Part shown: positions 1 through 12,492 of the stretch, in pieces
How the letters are laid out: each line of letters begins with the position of its first letter
How positions within the stretch are numbered: position 1 is the first letter of the stretch
Assembly (NCBI GenBank): GCA_028826165.1
Contig: JAPDFW010000096.1
Location: 62,001 to 126,000, forward strand
Direction of reading: 5' to 3'
From: Anaeramoeba ignava BMAN
Taxonomy: Eukaryota; Protista; Anaeramoebae
DNA: 64,000 nt
Made by a program: the position numbers and the translations under genes
The notes under the pieces: model-generated
Told to the model about the DNA's origin: nothing
Databases searched by the model: none
The model's input: the letters and a program-made list of their open reading frames with translations, nothing else

Positions 1-650
1 TTTAGTTTCATTTGAATTTGAACCAAGAACTTCAAGATAATAATTAGAAACTCCATGAATATTTTCTGGTCCTTTTTGTGAATAACTGTATTCATGTCCC
101 ATATCAATTGCAATAAGTTCATCTCGACTTAACCAACTAAAAAATAAAAAATTAAAATTAAATTGAAAAATTAAATTGAAAAATTAAATTGAATAAATGA
201 AAAAATAATTAAAATAAAATTATAACTAACCCTGAATCATCATGATTTCCAAATGTAATACAATATTTATGTTTCTTTGAGTTTGCAAAATAAACTGCAT
301 TTTCCCAAGCAGTCATTGGGTCATATACTCCTGGAAGAAGTAAATCACCTTTTTTAAAAAAAAATTAAAAATAAAATTAAAATTAAAAATAAAATAAAAT
401 AAAAATAAAATTAAATAAAAATACCAGTAAAAATAACTAAATCAGTGTTTTCTCCTTCTGTGTCAAAGTAAATATCTTGTGATAAATCTGATTCAATATC
501 ATTAACAGAAAAATCTCCATAATGTAAATCAGTTAATTGCATAATTTGGAATGTTCCATCACTTCTAAACCTTAATGGTTCTTTTTCAGCTTTGTTTTTT
601 AAAATTAAAAAACCAAAAAAAATTAAACAAAATAAAATTTTCTTGATCAT
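1..650 (-). CDS. Secreted calcineurin-like metallophosphoesterase (PAP29/DCR2-like), spliced, runs off the left window edge
   Basis: Signal peptide MIKKILFCLIFFGFLIL; LRFRSDGTFQIMQLTDLHYG; splicing joins DLVIFTG to GDL; the next exon has TFGNHDD; GT-AG introns at about 348-425 and 138-230. Confidence 0.85.
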
Positions 651-791
651 TTTGTTTTTTGTTTTTTGTTTTAATTAAAGAAGCAAAAAAAATGAAAAAA
701 AAAATGAACTAAAAAATAAATTTTTTTAATTCAAAAAAAGTTTTTTGTTTTTTTGCTTTTTGTTTTTTGCTTTTTTTGCTTTTTATTCTCT

Positions 792-3700
792 TCATTTCTT
801 TTGTTGAAGAAGTGTTAAAATTTCTTGATCTTGAGTAAAATCTTCTGGTTTCTTTTCCTAAATGAAAATTTAAATTTGAATTAAAATTTAAATTTGAATT
901 AAAAACAAAACAATTTAATTAAAATAAATTTACTCTCTTTAATTTTTTTGAAATAAAATGAATTAATTATTAAATATTAAATGAAAAAATTTTTAATTTT
1001 GTTTACAATCTAATAAAATTTAAATTAAAATTTAAATTTAAATTAAAATATTAAAAAAATAGTGAATTGGATAATCTTATTAAATTACATCAACTGCATT
1101 TATATCAGCACCAAAATCAAGTAAAATTTGAATAATTTCTTTACTTGCTCCATATTCACAAGCAAGATGAAGTGGAGTTTTGTTCTAATTGAAAAAATAT
1201 TGAAAAAATATTACAATTACTAATGAATCTTTTTTTTAATTTTCAATTTTAAAATCAAACCCACTAAATAAAATTAAAATTCATTTTGAAAATTAAATTA
1301 AAATCAAAATTAATTTTGAAAATTAAAATTAAAATTAAAATTCATTTTGAAAATTAAATTAAAATTCATTTTGAAAATTAAATTTATAAAAATTAAATTT
1401 ATAAAAATTTTACAGCCTGATCTCAAAAATTCAATATAAATTATTCCAAATCAAAAAAAAAAAAAAGAAAGATAATTTTTTTTTCCATTTATTATATTAT
1501 ACAGCTTTTGAATGAATATCAGCTCCTGATGTTAATAAAAATTTTACTAATTCTACATTTGTTCGGTTTCTGCAAACACAATGAAGTGGACTATCTCTCT
1601 ATTTAAAATGAAAAATTATAAATCAACCTAATTTATTGAATTGATAAAGAAAAAAATACCATCTAAAAATTTTTTTATTTTTGAGAATTTAAATGTGAAT
1701 AAAAAATAATCAAATGTTTACTTTCTTAAAAAAATAAAAATATTTATTTTCATATTCATATTTTTGTTTTTGTTTTTGTTATTTTTATTTTACTGTTTTC
1801 GAATTAATACTTGCTCCTTTATCAAGTAATAATTTAACAATATCAATATTTGCATTCCATTGACAAGCAGAATGAAGTGGAGTATTTTGCTAAATAAAAA
1901 ATATTTGAAAATTAAGAGTGAAAATAAATTCCTCAAAAATAATCAAAATTAAAATCAATAATTCTTTTTTACCCACTAAATAAAAATAAAAAAAAATCAA
2001 TTTTAAAAAAATCTAAAAATTAAATGAAAAATTTAAAAATTTTACTTCCTAAAAATAAAATGAACGTAAAATGAATATAAAAAGAAAACTGAATATAAAA
2101 GAAAAATACATCTTCTGCATTAACATCAGCCCCTAAATCTATAATTGTTTCGATTATATCCTTTGGTAAATTCTTGATGCATGCATAATGTAAAGGTGAT
2201 CGTTGCTTCATAAATTAATAAAAAAAAGCATTAATATTAATAAAATGAAACTAAATTGAAAATTATACATCCTAAAGATTTTGTTTTTGATTTAAAAAAA
2301 TTTAATCAACTTTGAAAATGAATGAAAATAAAAATAAAAATAAAAATAATAATTACATACTAATTTTATAAATATAATTTTCATTTTAAGGTGAGTTGAT
2401 TTATTTTCGTTTTTTATTATAGAAATATTTTACAGATTTGATGTTAACATCTGGATGTTTAGAAAGAAGAAATGATATTGCTTTAATATTAGTTCCATTT
2501 TCTAAAAGAATTGATAAAGGGCTAATATTCTTTTTACAAGAAAAAGAAATTATTTAAACCAAAAACACTAAAATTATTTACATTAAAAACAAAAATATAC
2601 CCACTTTAAATACAAAATATTTAAAAGGAAATGAGTTTTTTTGTTTGATAAAAAAATAATTCTATTAAATTTTACTTCCTAATTAATTTTATCAAAATCA
2701 AAATCAAAAATCAAAATAAAATTTTTTTTCTAAGTGTTAAATTTAAAATATACATTCACTGCATTAATATCTGCGTTTTTTTCAAGAAGTAAATCAAGTA
2801 TATCCAGTGGTAAGTTATTGTTGCAAGCATGATGAAGAAGAGTATTTCCCTAAATTTCATTTAAAAAAATAAATAATTATTTTTTTCTTCTTTGATTTAT
2901 ATAAAAATTTTATTATTACATTCTAAAAAAAAAACAAAAGGTAATCCAAAAATTTAGATTTAAAAAATTTTTTTGAAAATATTCACAAAAAAAATAAACA
3001 AATTACTTTCTATAAAAAGATTATAAAAATATTTTGCAAAGAAAAAAAAATTTTTTTTGGGAAATTTTAGTTGATTAATTGATTGATACATTTTTGGAAT
3101 TTATATCAGGATTTGTTGATAAAAAAAGCTTGATTTTTTCCATACTTAATTTTTTAATAAAAGCCCAATGTAAAGGAGAATAATCCTAAAAAAATAGCAA
3201 TAGAATATAAATATAAAAAATATTTATAAAATATTTATATAATATTTATAAAATATTTATATAATATTTATATACATTCTGAGTATCTATTGTAGCTCCA
3301 GAAGAAATTAATTTTTGAATAACTGCTAAATCAAGACTTTCATGAACAGCTAAAAATAAAGGTGAAACTCCCTAAATAATTTTAAAAGAAAAATTTATTA
3401 ATCAAAAAAATTCTGTTTTCGTTCTATTAATTATTTTACTTCCTAAAACAATAATAAAATTAAAATAATTTAGGAATTTCTTTCAAAAAAAAAAAAGTTT
3501 ACTTTCTTTTAAAAAAATAAATAAAAAAATTAAAATTAAAATTAAAATTAAAATTAAAATTAAAATTAACTGTAAGAGCGTTAACATTTGCACCTGCAGA
3601 AATCAAAACAGAAATTAAATCTTCATTTGCAGAATGCATGCATGCCAAATGAAGAGGGGTTACTCCCTAAAAAAATGAGAATAAATTTTTTTGTCATTTT

Positions 3701-4308
3701 AATCAATGGAAAAAAAATTTTTTCTTTTCGAAAATTTACCTCCTATTAAAATTATCAAATTCAAAGTATTGATTAAATTGAAAATAAAAGTAAAAGTAAA
3801 AGAGATCAAATGAAAGAAAATTTTTTACATTCTTTTTTATTTAATAAAAAAAACGGTTTAATTTTTTTTTTAGATTTTTATTTTTGAGTAAAAAAGAATA
3901 CATTAGATGTAGTAACTTGTGCTCCAGCAGAAATGAGCATTTTAGCTATTTCATGATTATGCTCACAAGCAACGTGTAAAGGTGTATTTTTCTTTTAATT
4001 TCAAAAAATAGAAATATTACTTATTTTTATTTGAATTTTAGAAGAAAAAAAAATATTTACATCCTTTATAATAAAATTATTTAATTTTTCAATTTCTTCT
4101 TTCTTTTATTTTCTTTTATTTTCCTTTATTTTTTTACTTTCTAAATTTAAATTGAATTTTTTAATTATTAAATTTATTTTTTTTTTTTGATAAAGAAATT
4201 AAGAAATTAATTCCAAACATCTTTTTTATTTAAATTTCTTTTGTTTTGAATAAGTTTTTTTAAAGCTTTAATATTTCCCGATTTAACTACTTCGAAAATA
4301 TCAGTCAT
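792..4308 (-). CDS. Ankyrin-repeat protein (about 389 aa, 32 exons: 12 large exons plus 20 three-nucleotide microexons)
   Basis: Large exons: 4308-4219, 3991-3902, 3666-3571, 3371-3276, 3185-3090, 2849-2754, 2529-2434, 2205-2110, 1889-1794, 1598-1503, 1184-1089 and 857-792 (TGA). All introns are GT-AG and phase 0. The internal exons translate as xx(T/S)PLHxAC...GAxVNA-type ankyrin repeats. Microexons are listed in the findings. Confidence 0.92.
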
Positions 4309-4516
4309 TTTTAAATTAAATCAATTAAAAAAAAAATTAAAAAAAAATGAAAAATGAAAAATGAAAAATGAAAAATGAAAAATGAAAAACAAAACAAAAA
4401 GCAAAAAAATTTTTTAACGAATCAACACCAAAACAAAAAACAAACAAAACACATTCCAAAATGATCTTTTTGATTTTTTCTTTTTGATTAATCTTGATAA
4501 GATGGGTAACGATAAT

Positions 4517-7500
4517 TTAACATTGTTTCTTTTTGTCTGTTGAATTGTCGATCTTGGTTTTGAGTTTGTAGTGAACGAATTAATTGTTCATGATCAGTAT
4601 AACGAAGAATCCAATTTTGATCACAATCAAGAATTTGTCGTAAATTTTTTTTAAATCTAATTTTCAATTTTATATATTTTGGATATTTTAAATATTTTAT
4701 ATATTTTGAATATTTTGAATATTTTAGATATTTTGGATATTTTATATATTTTATATATTTTATATATTTTATATATTTTATATATTTTATATATTTTATA
4801 TATTTTATATATTTTATATATTTTATATATTTTATATATTTTAAATATTTTATATATTTTGGATATTTTGAATATTTTGGATATTTTATATATTTTATAT
4901 ATTTTATATATTTTATATATTTTATATATTTTGTATATTTTAGATATTTTATATATTTTATATATTTTATATATTTTGAATATTTTGGATATTTTTAAAT
5001 ATTTTATATTTTGGATATTTTGAATATTTTGGATATTTTAGATATTTTAGATATTTTATATATTTTATATATTTTATATATTTTATATATTTTGTATATT
5101 TTAGATATTTTATATATTTTGGATATTTTGGATATTTTATATATTTTATATATTTTTATATATTTTGGATATTTTATATATTTTATATATTTTTAGATAT
5201 TTTAGATATTTTAGATATTTTATATATTTTGGATATTTTATATATTTTGAATATTTTATATATTTTTTATATATTTTGTATATTTTGAATATTTTAGATA
5301 TTTTGTATATTTTTAGATATTTTGGATATTTTAGATATTTTGTATATTTTTAGATATTTTGGATATTTTATATATTTTATATATTTTAGATATTTTATAT
5401 ATTTTATATATTTTGAATATTTTAGATATTTTGGATATTTTGGATATTTTTGGATATTTTGGATATTTTATATATTTTAAATATTTTGGATATTTTTGGA
5501 TATTTTATATATTTTTAAATATTTTTAGATATTTTGGATATTTTATATATTTTAGATATTTTATATATTTTAGATATTTTATATATTTTGTATATTTTAA
5601 ATATTTTATATATTTTAGATATTTTAAATATTTTAGATATTTTATATATTTTATATATTTTATATATTTTTATATATTTTAGATATTTTAGATATTTTAG
5701 ATATTTTATATATTTTTAGATATTTTAAATATTTTAGATATTTTAGATATTTTAGATATTTTATATATTTTAGATATTTTTAGATATTTTAGATATTTTA
5801 TATATTTTAGATATTTTTATATATTTTTATATATTTTGGATATTTTATATATTTTTATATATTTTAGATATTTTAGATATTTTAGATATTTTTATATATT
5901 TTAGATATTTTTGAATATTTTAGATATTTTAGATATTTTATATATTTTTAGATATTTTGAATATTTTAAATATTTTAGATATTTTAGATATTTTGAATAT
6001 TTTATATATTTTAGATATTTTATATATTTTTGTATATTTTAAATATTTTATATATTTTGAATATTTTAAATATTTTAGATATTTTATATATTTTATATAT
6101 TTTATATATTTTATATATTTTAGATATTTTAGATATTTTAGATATTTTATATATTTTAGATATTTTATATATTTTATATATTTTAGATATTTTAGATATT
6201 TTTATATATTTTAGATATTTTAGATATTTTAGATATTTTTATATATTTTTATATATTTTGAATATTTTGAGATATTTTTGAATATTTTGGATATTTTGAA
6301 TATTTTAGATATTTTTGAATATTTTTAGATATTTTAGATATTTTATATATTTTATATATTTTATATATTTTTATATATTTTATATATTTTAAAATATTTT
6401 ATATTTTATATATATTTTTTAGATATTTTTAGATATTTTGGACATATTTTTTGAATATTTTATATATTTTATATATTTTATATATTTTAAATATTTTTTT
6501 AAAATTTTTAATATTTTAATAAAAGATATTTTTAGATATTTTTTGTATATTTTAGATATTTTATATATTTTTGAATATTTTGAATATTTTTAGATATTTT
6601 TATATATTTTATATATTTTGAATATTTTAAATATTTTATATATTTTAGATATTTTATATATTTTAGATATTTTATATATTTTATATTTTAAGATATTTTA
6701 TATTTTTAGATATTTTATATATTTTATATATTTTAGATATTTTGTATATTTTAGATATTTTACCATTTTTAGATATTTTGTATATTTTTAGATATTTTAG
6801 ATATTTTGGATATTTTGGATATTTTTAGATATTTTTGTATATTTTATATATTTTTAGATATTTTAAATATTTTAGATATTTTGGATATTTTATATATTTT
6901 CCCATATTTTATATATTTTAGATATTTTTGGATATTTTGGATATTTTTATATTTTATATATTTTATATATTTTGGATATTTTATATATTTTATATATTTT
7001 ATATTTTAAGATATTTTTATATATTTTGGATATTTTATATATTTTATATTTTTATATATTTAATATTTTTATATATTTTATATATTTTATGTATTTTTAT
7101 ATTTTAGATATTTTTATATTTTTATATTTTGGATATTTTTAGATATTTTATATATTTTGGGATATTTTAGATATTTTAGATATTTTAAATATTTTATATA
7201 TTTTTATATTTTTAGATATTTTAGATATTTTATATATTTTTAGATATTTTGAATTTATATTTTGGATATTTTATATATTTTTATATTTTATATATTTTAT
7301 ATATTTTTTATATTTTGGATATTTTGGATATTTTAGATATTTTGGATATTTTATATATTTTTATATATTTTTATATATTTTTAAATATTTTATATATTTT
7401 AGATATTTTAAATATTTTAGATTTCAAGATATTTTGAATATTTTTATATTTTTATATATTTTTATATTTTATATATTTTATATATTTTATATATTTTATA

Positions 7501-8902
7501 TATTTTAGATATTTTGAATATTTTATATATTTTATATATTTTAGATATTTTAGATATTTTAGATATTTTATATATTTTATATATTTTATATATTTTATAT
7601 ATTTTGGATATTTTATATATTTTGGATATTTTAGATTAAAATTTTTTAATTGCAAACTTTTCATTTTTTGGAGATGAAGTATCAATTAAAGATTTAGTCC
7701 AAATTGAGAACTGAATAAAACGAGGACTACGACAAACACCAACTCCAACAATCTCTGGATTTTCCCAGAATTCTCCAATACTTGCAAGAGCCTATAATTT
7801 TTTTTAATATTTTTTATTATTCAAAATGATTTGAAAAAGGAAATCTTAACTAATTTTTCCCATTTTTCTTTAGTATTTAGGTTCATAGACAAATCTGGAT
7901 TAGAATCCAATCCGGGAAGTTTTAATGTCCAATTTCCACCAGCAGTAAAATTCTAAGATTTAAATTTCAATTTAATTTCAATTTAATTTTAATTTGATTT
8001 CAATTTGATTTCAATTTGATTTCAATTTGATTTCAATTTAATTTCAATTTGATTTCAATTTGATTTCAATTTAATTTCAATTTGATTTCAATTTAATTTC
8101 AATTTGATTTCAATTTAATTTCAATTTGATTTCAATTTAATTTTAATTTGATTTTAATTTAATTTTGGTTTGATTTCAATTTAATTTTAATTTTAATTTG
8201 ATTTCAAAGAAAAAAACCTTCCAAAGTGGTTTTGTTGTTCCTCGAAAAATATAACAACGAGAATTAATAGGTAAATCATCTTCTCCTTTTAAAAAGAGGA
8301 AATTTCTAATAATAAAATTTAGGATAAAATTTAAATTAAAATTAATAATAAAATAAAAAATTTACTTCCAAAAACCTTCAACTGTATCAAAAGTACCAAT
8401 TTTAATAAATCCATGTTCATAATGAAATGATTTAATATGAATCCATAAAGTCCATTTCGATTGCAACTAGTTTAATAAAAAATAATAATTATTATTATTA
8501 TTATTAAGAAAACATTTCCAAGAAAAATTCATATTAATTTAATTACTTGATGTTCATTTTTTGGATGGTTTTTTGGATCTGCAATTCGACCTTTTTTATC
8601 CTTAAAATTCAAATAAATTCAATTAAGAAATTTAATTAAATTCAATTAGAAATGCTTTTGGAATGAAAAAATAAATTTATAAATCAAATTACGTTTTGAT
8701 TTAAGTTTTGTTTTTTTTGATTATTTTTTGTTTGAGATTTTTTTGAATTTTGATTTGGATTTTGATTTGGATTTTGATTTGGATTTTGATTTGGATTTTG
8801 ATTTGGATTTTGATTTGGATTTTGATTTGGATTTTGATTTGGATTTTGATTTGAATTTTGATTTGGATTTTGATTTGAGTTTTGATTTGAGTTTTGATTC
8901 AT
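4517..8902 (-). CDS. Divergent eIF4E-family cap-binding protein, multi-exon
   Basis: Spliced translation: N-terminal (QNPN)n; HQLQSKWTLWIH..FDTVEGFWK; YIFRGTTKPLWK/NFTAGGNW; WEKL/ALASIGE; IVGVGVCR..FSIWT; YTDH; TAA at 4517. An intron of about 3 kb at about 4657-7657 is filled with repeats. Confidence 0.8.
4670..7635. repeat. Intronic degenerate 9-mer satellite (ATATTTT[AT/AG/GG/GA])n
   Basis: Directly visible; it is the source of the spurious ILY/ILD/YFR ORFs. Confidence 0.95.
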
Positions 8903-9080
8903 AAAGAAAAATGAAATAAAAGAGAAAAAAATAAATGAAAAAAATGAAAAAGTGAAAAAGAAATTTTAGTTTTTTTTTTAATTTTTTTTTTTTGGTTCTC
9001 AATTTTTCATTTTTTTTTCATTTTTTCATTTTTTCATTTTTTCATTTTTTCATTTTTTCATTTTTTTTTCTTTTTCTTTG
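8903..9080. promoter_or_regulatory. Compact bidirectional promoter between eIF4E-like (-) and PSMB6 (+), with oppositely oriented TCATTT arrays
   Basis: 178 bp between the ATGs; AAATGAAA copies next to the minus-strand gene and (TTTTTTCA)n at 9002-9061 next to the plus-strand gene. Confidence 0.55.
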
Positions 9081-12025
9081 ATGGAAACAGTTGAACTTTA
9101 CAATTCACAAGAACAAATAGTTTTAGATGACCTTTCTGAACCTGTTAAAACTGGAGTATTTAAATTAAATCATTGTTAAAAAAAATATAAATTTATTAAA
9201 ATTTTTTTAAATCAAAATTTTTTTTCCATTTATTAATAAAAAAAATATAATCCAATTAAAATTAAAAGACAACAATCATGGCAGTTCAATATAAAGGTGG
9301 TATCGTTATTGGTGCAGATTCTCGAACAACTTCAGGTTATTTTTCTTTAGAAAATCAAAAAAATTAAAATTTAAAATTAAAATTTAAAATTCAAATTAAA
9401 AATTCATTTTAAAATTAAAATTAAAATTAAAATTAAAATTAAAATTAAAATTAAAATTAAAATTAAAATTAAAATTAAAATTTAAAATTAAAATTAAAAT
9501 TAAAATTAAAATTAAAATTAAAATTAAAATTAAAATTAAAATTAAAATTCATTTTAAAATTAAAATTAAAATTAAAATTAAATTTAAATTTTAAAATTTA
9601 AAATTAAAAATTAAAATTAAAATTAAAATTAAAATTAAAAATTAAAATTAAAATTAAAATTAAAAATTAAAATTAAAATTAAAAATTAAAATTAAAATTA
9701 AAATTAAAATTAAAATTAAAAATTAAAATTAAAATTAAAATTAAAATTAAAATTAAAATTAAAAATTAAAGATTAAAATCAAAGTTAAAATTAAAATTAA
9801 AGATTAAAATTAAAATTAAAATTAAAATTAAAATTAAAATTAAAATTAAAATTAAAATTAAAATTAAAATTAAAAATTAAAATTAAAATTAAAATTAAAA
9901 TTAAAATTAAAATTAAAATTAAAATTAAAATTAAAATTAAAATTAAAATTAAAATTAAAATTAAAATTAAAATTAAAAAAATTCATTTATAAAATTAAAA
10001 TAAAAATTATAATTAAAACAGGAGCATTAATTGTTAATCGAGTTACAGACAAGCTTACACCAGTTGCAGATAAAATTTTTTCACTTCGATCTGGTTCAGC
10101 AGCAGATACACAAGAAATAGCAGCGATTGTTCGATATTATCTTAATATATTATCCACCGAACAAGGAAAACCACCAACAGTTAAAATGGCTGCAAATTTA
10201 TTCAGACAATTTTGTTATGTTTATAAAAATTATTTACTTGCAAGTATTATTTGTGCTGGTTATGATGAAACTGATGGTCCAAGCATTTATTCAATTCCTC
10301 TTGGTGGTGCTATTATAAAGTACTTGCCTCGTTTTATTCTTGATTCTTTCATTTTCTTTATCTCATTTTTGGAATTGATTTAAATATTTGATTTAAATAT
10401 TTGATTTAAATATTAATTTAAATATTAATTTAAATATCAATATTAATTTAAATATTAATATAAATATTAAATATAAATATTAATATAAATATTAAATATA
10501 AATATTAATATAAATATTAAATATAAATATTAATATAAATATTAAATATAAATATTAATATAAATATTAAATTTAAATATTAATTTAAATATTAATTTAA
10601 ATATTAATTTAAATATTAATTATAAATATTAATTTAAATATTAATTTAAATATAAATATTAATTTAAATATTAATTTAAACATTAATTTAATTATTAATA
10701 TAAATATTAAATATAAATATTAATTTAAATATTGATTTAAATATTAATTTAAATATTAATTTAAACATTAATTAAATATTAATATAAATATTAATTTAAA
10801 TATTAATTTAAATATTAAATATAAATATTAATTTAAATATTAATATAAATATTAATTTAAATATTAATTTAAATATCAATTTAAATATTAATTTAAATAT
10901 TTGATTTTAAATATTGATTTAAATATTAATTTAAATATCAATTTAAATATTAATTTAAATATTAATTTAAATATTTGATTTAAATATTTGATTTAAATAT
11001 TTAATTTTAAATATTAATTTAAATATTAATTTAAATATTAATTTAAAAATTAATTTAAATAATTTAAAATTAATTTAAATATTAATTTAAATATTAATTT
11101 AAATATCAATTTAAATATTAATTTAAATATTTGATTTAAATATTAATTTAAATATATTAATTTAAATATTAATTTAAATATCAATTTAAATATTAATTTA
11201 AATATTAATTTAAATATTAATTTAAATATCAATTTAAATATTAATTTAAATATTAATTTAAATATCAATTTAAATATTAATTTAAATATTTGATTTAAAT
11301 ATTAATTTAAATATTAATTTAAATATTAATTTAAATATTAATTTAAATATTAATTTAAATATTAATTTAAATATTAATTTAAATATTAATTTAAATATTA
11401 ATTTAAATATTAATTTAAATATTAATTTAAATATTAATTTAAATATTAATTTTAAATATTAATTTAAATATTAATTTAAATATTAATTTAAATATTAATT
11501 TAAATATTAATTTAAATATTAATATAAATATTGATTTAAATATTAATATAAATATTAATATAAATATTAATTTAAATATTAATATAAATATTAATATAAA
11601 TATTAATTTTAAATATTAATTTAAATATTAATTTAAACATTAATTAAAATATTTGATATAAATATTAATTATAAATATTAATATAGACAACCATATGCAA
11701 TTGGAGGTTCTGGTTCAACATATCTTTATGGATATTGTGATGCTAATTTTAAGGAAGATATGACAAAAGAAGAATGTGTTTCATTTGTAACAAATGGTTT
11801 GTGATTAAATTTTTATTAGAAAAAAAGAAAAAGAAAAAGAAAATTATTTTTAATTCCAAAATCGGATAAAAAAAAAATTTAAATAAAAAAAATAAAATAG
11901 CTGTTGGATTAGCTATTGCAAGAGATGGTTCTTCTGGTGGAATTATAAGATATGCAATAATAGATTCAGATGGAGTAGAAAGACATACAATTTATGGAGA
12001 TCAAGTTAAAAATTATTTCAAATAA
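9081..12025 (+). CDS. PSMB6: 20S proteasome subunit beta1 (caspase-like), 5 exons
   Basis: Propeptide ..EPVKTG|[74 protein letters not shown]; TAA at 12023-12025. Confidence 0.95.
9365..10010. repeat. Intronic (AAAATT)n microsatellite
   Basis: Directly visible. Confidence 0.95.
10380..11680. repeat. Intronic self-complementary 12-mer array (TTTAAATATTAA)n
   Basis: Directly visible; the units contain palindromic ATTTAAAT and AATATT. Confidence 0.9.
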
Positions 12026-12492
12026 AACAAAAAGAAAGAAAGAATTTTTTTTTCTTCTTTTTCTTTCCAATTTTTTTTTTTCTTCTTTTTTTTCTTCTTT
12101 TTGATTTTTACAATTTAGGTTCTGACTTTTACTTCTTCTTTCTTTTTTCTTTTTTTTTTTAAATAAAAAAAATAAACAAAAACATTTTTTTAATTTAATT
12201 TTAATTTTATTTTTAATTATAAAATTGTTTAAATTGATGTAAAGGTTTATTTTTATTAAAATTTAGAGTTTATTTCTTTTTTATTTTTATTTTTTTTTTT
12301 GATCACAATAATATTTAAATAAGAAAAAAAAATTTTTTTAAATTTAATTTTTTTATTTTTTTCTTGTTCAAATTGTAATTAAAAAATATTAAATTTAAAT
12401 AAATAAATAAAAAAAATAATTTTAATTTATTTTGAGTTCTAAATTTAAAATCAATTTAAAATCAAATATAAAAAAAAAAAGATCATAAAAGA

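Noticed and set aside
858-4218. Regularly spaced short units resembling a CRISPR-like array or U12-type introns
   Set aside because: There is no conserved direct repeat; boundaries are ordinary GT(A/T)..AG without the U12 GTATCCTT donor; the periodicity is explained by the exon/microexon structure.
4679-7685. Numerous ORFs of ILY/ILD/YFR repeats
   Set aside because: They are translations of a 9-mer intronic satellite within the eIF4E gene.
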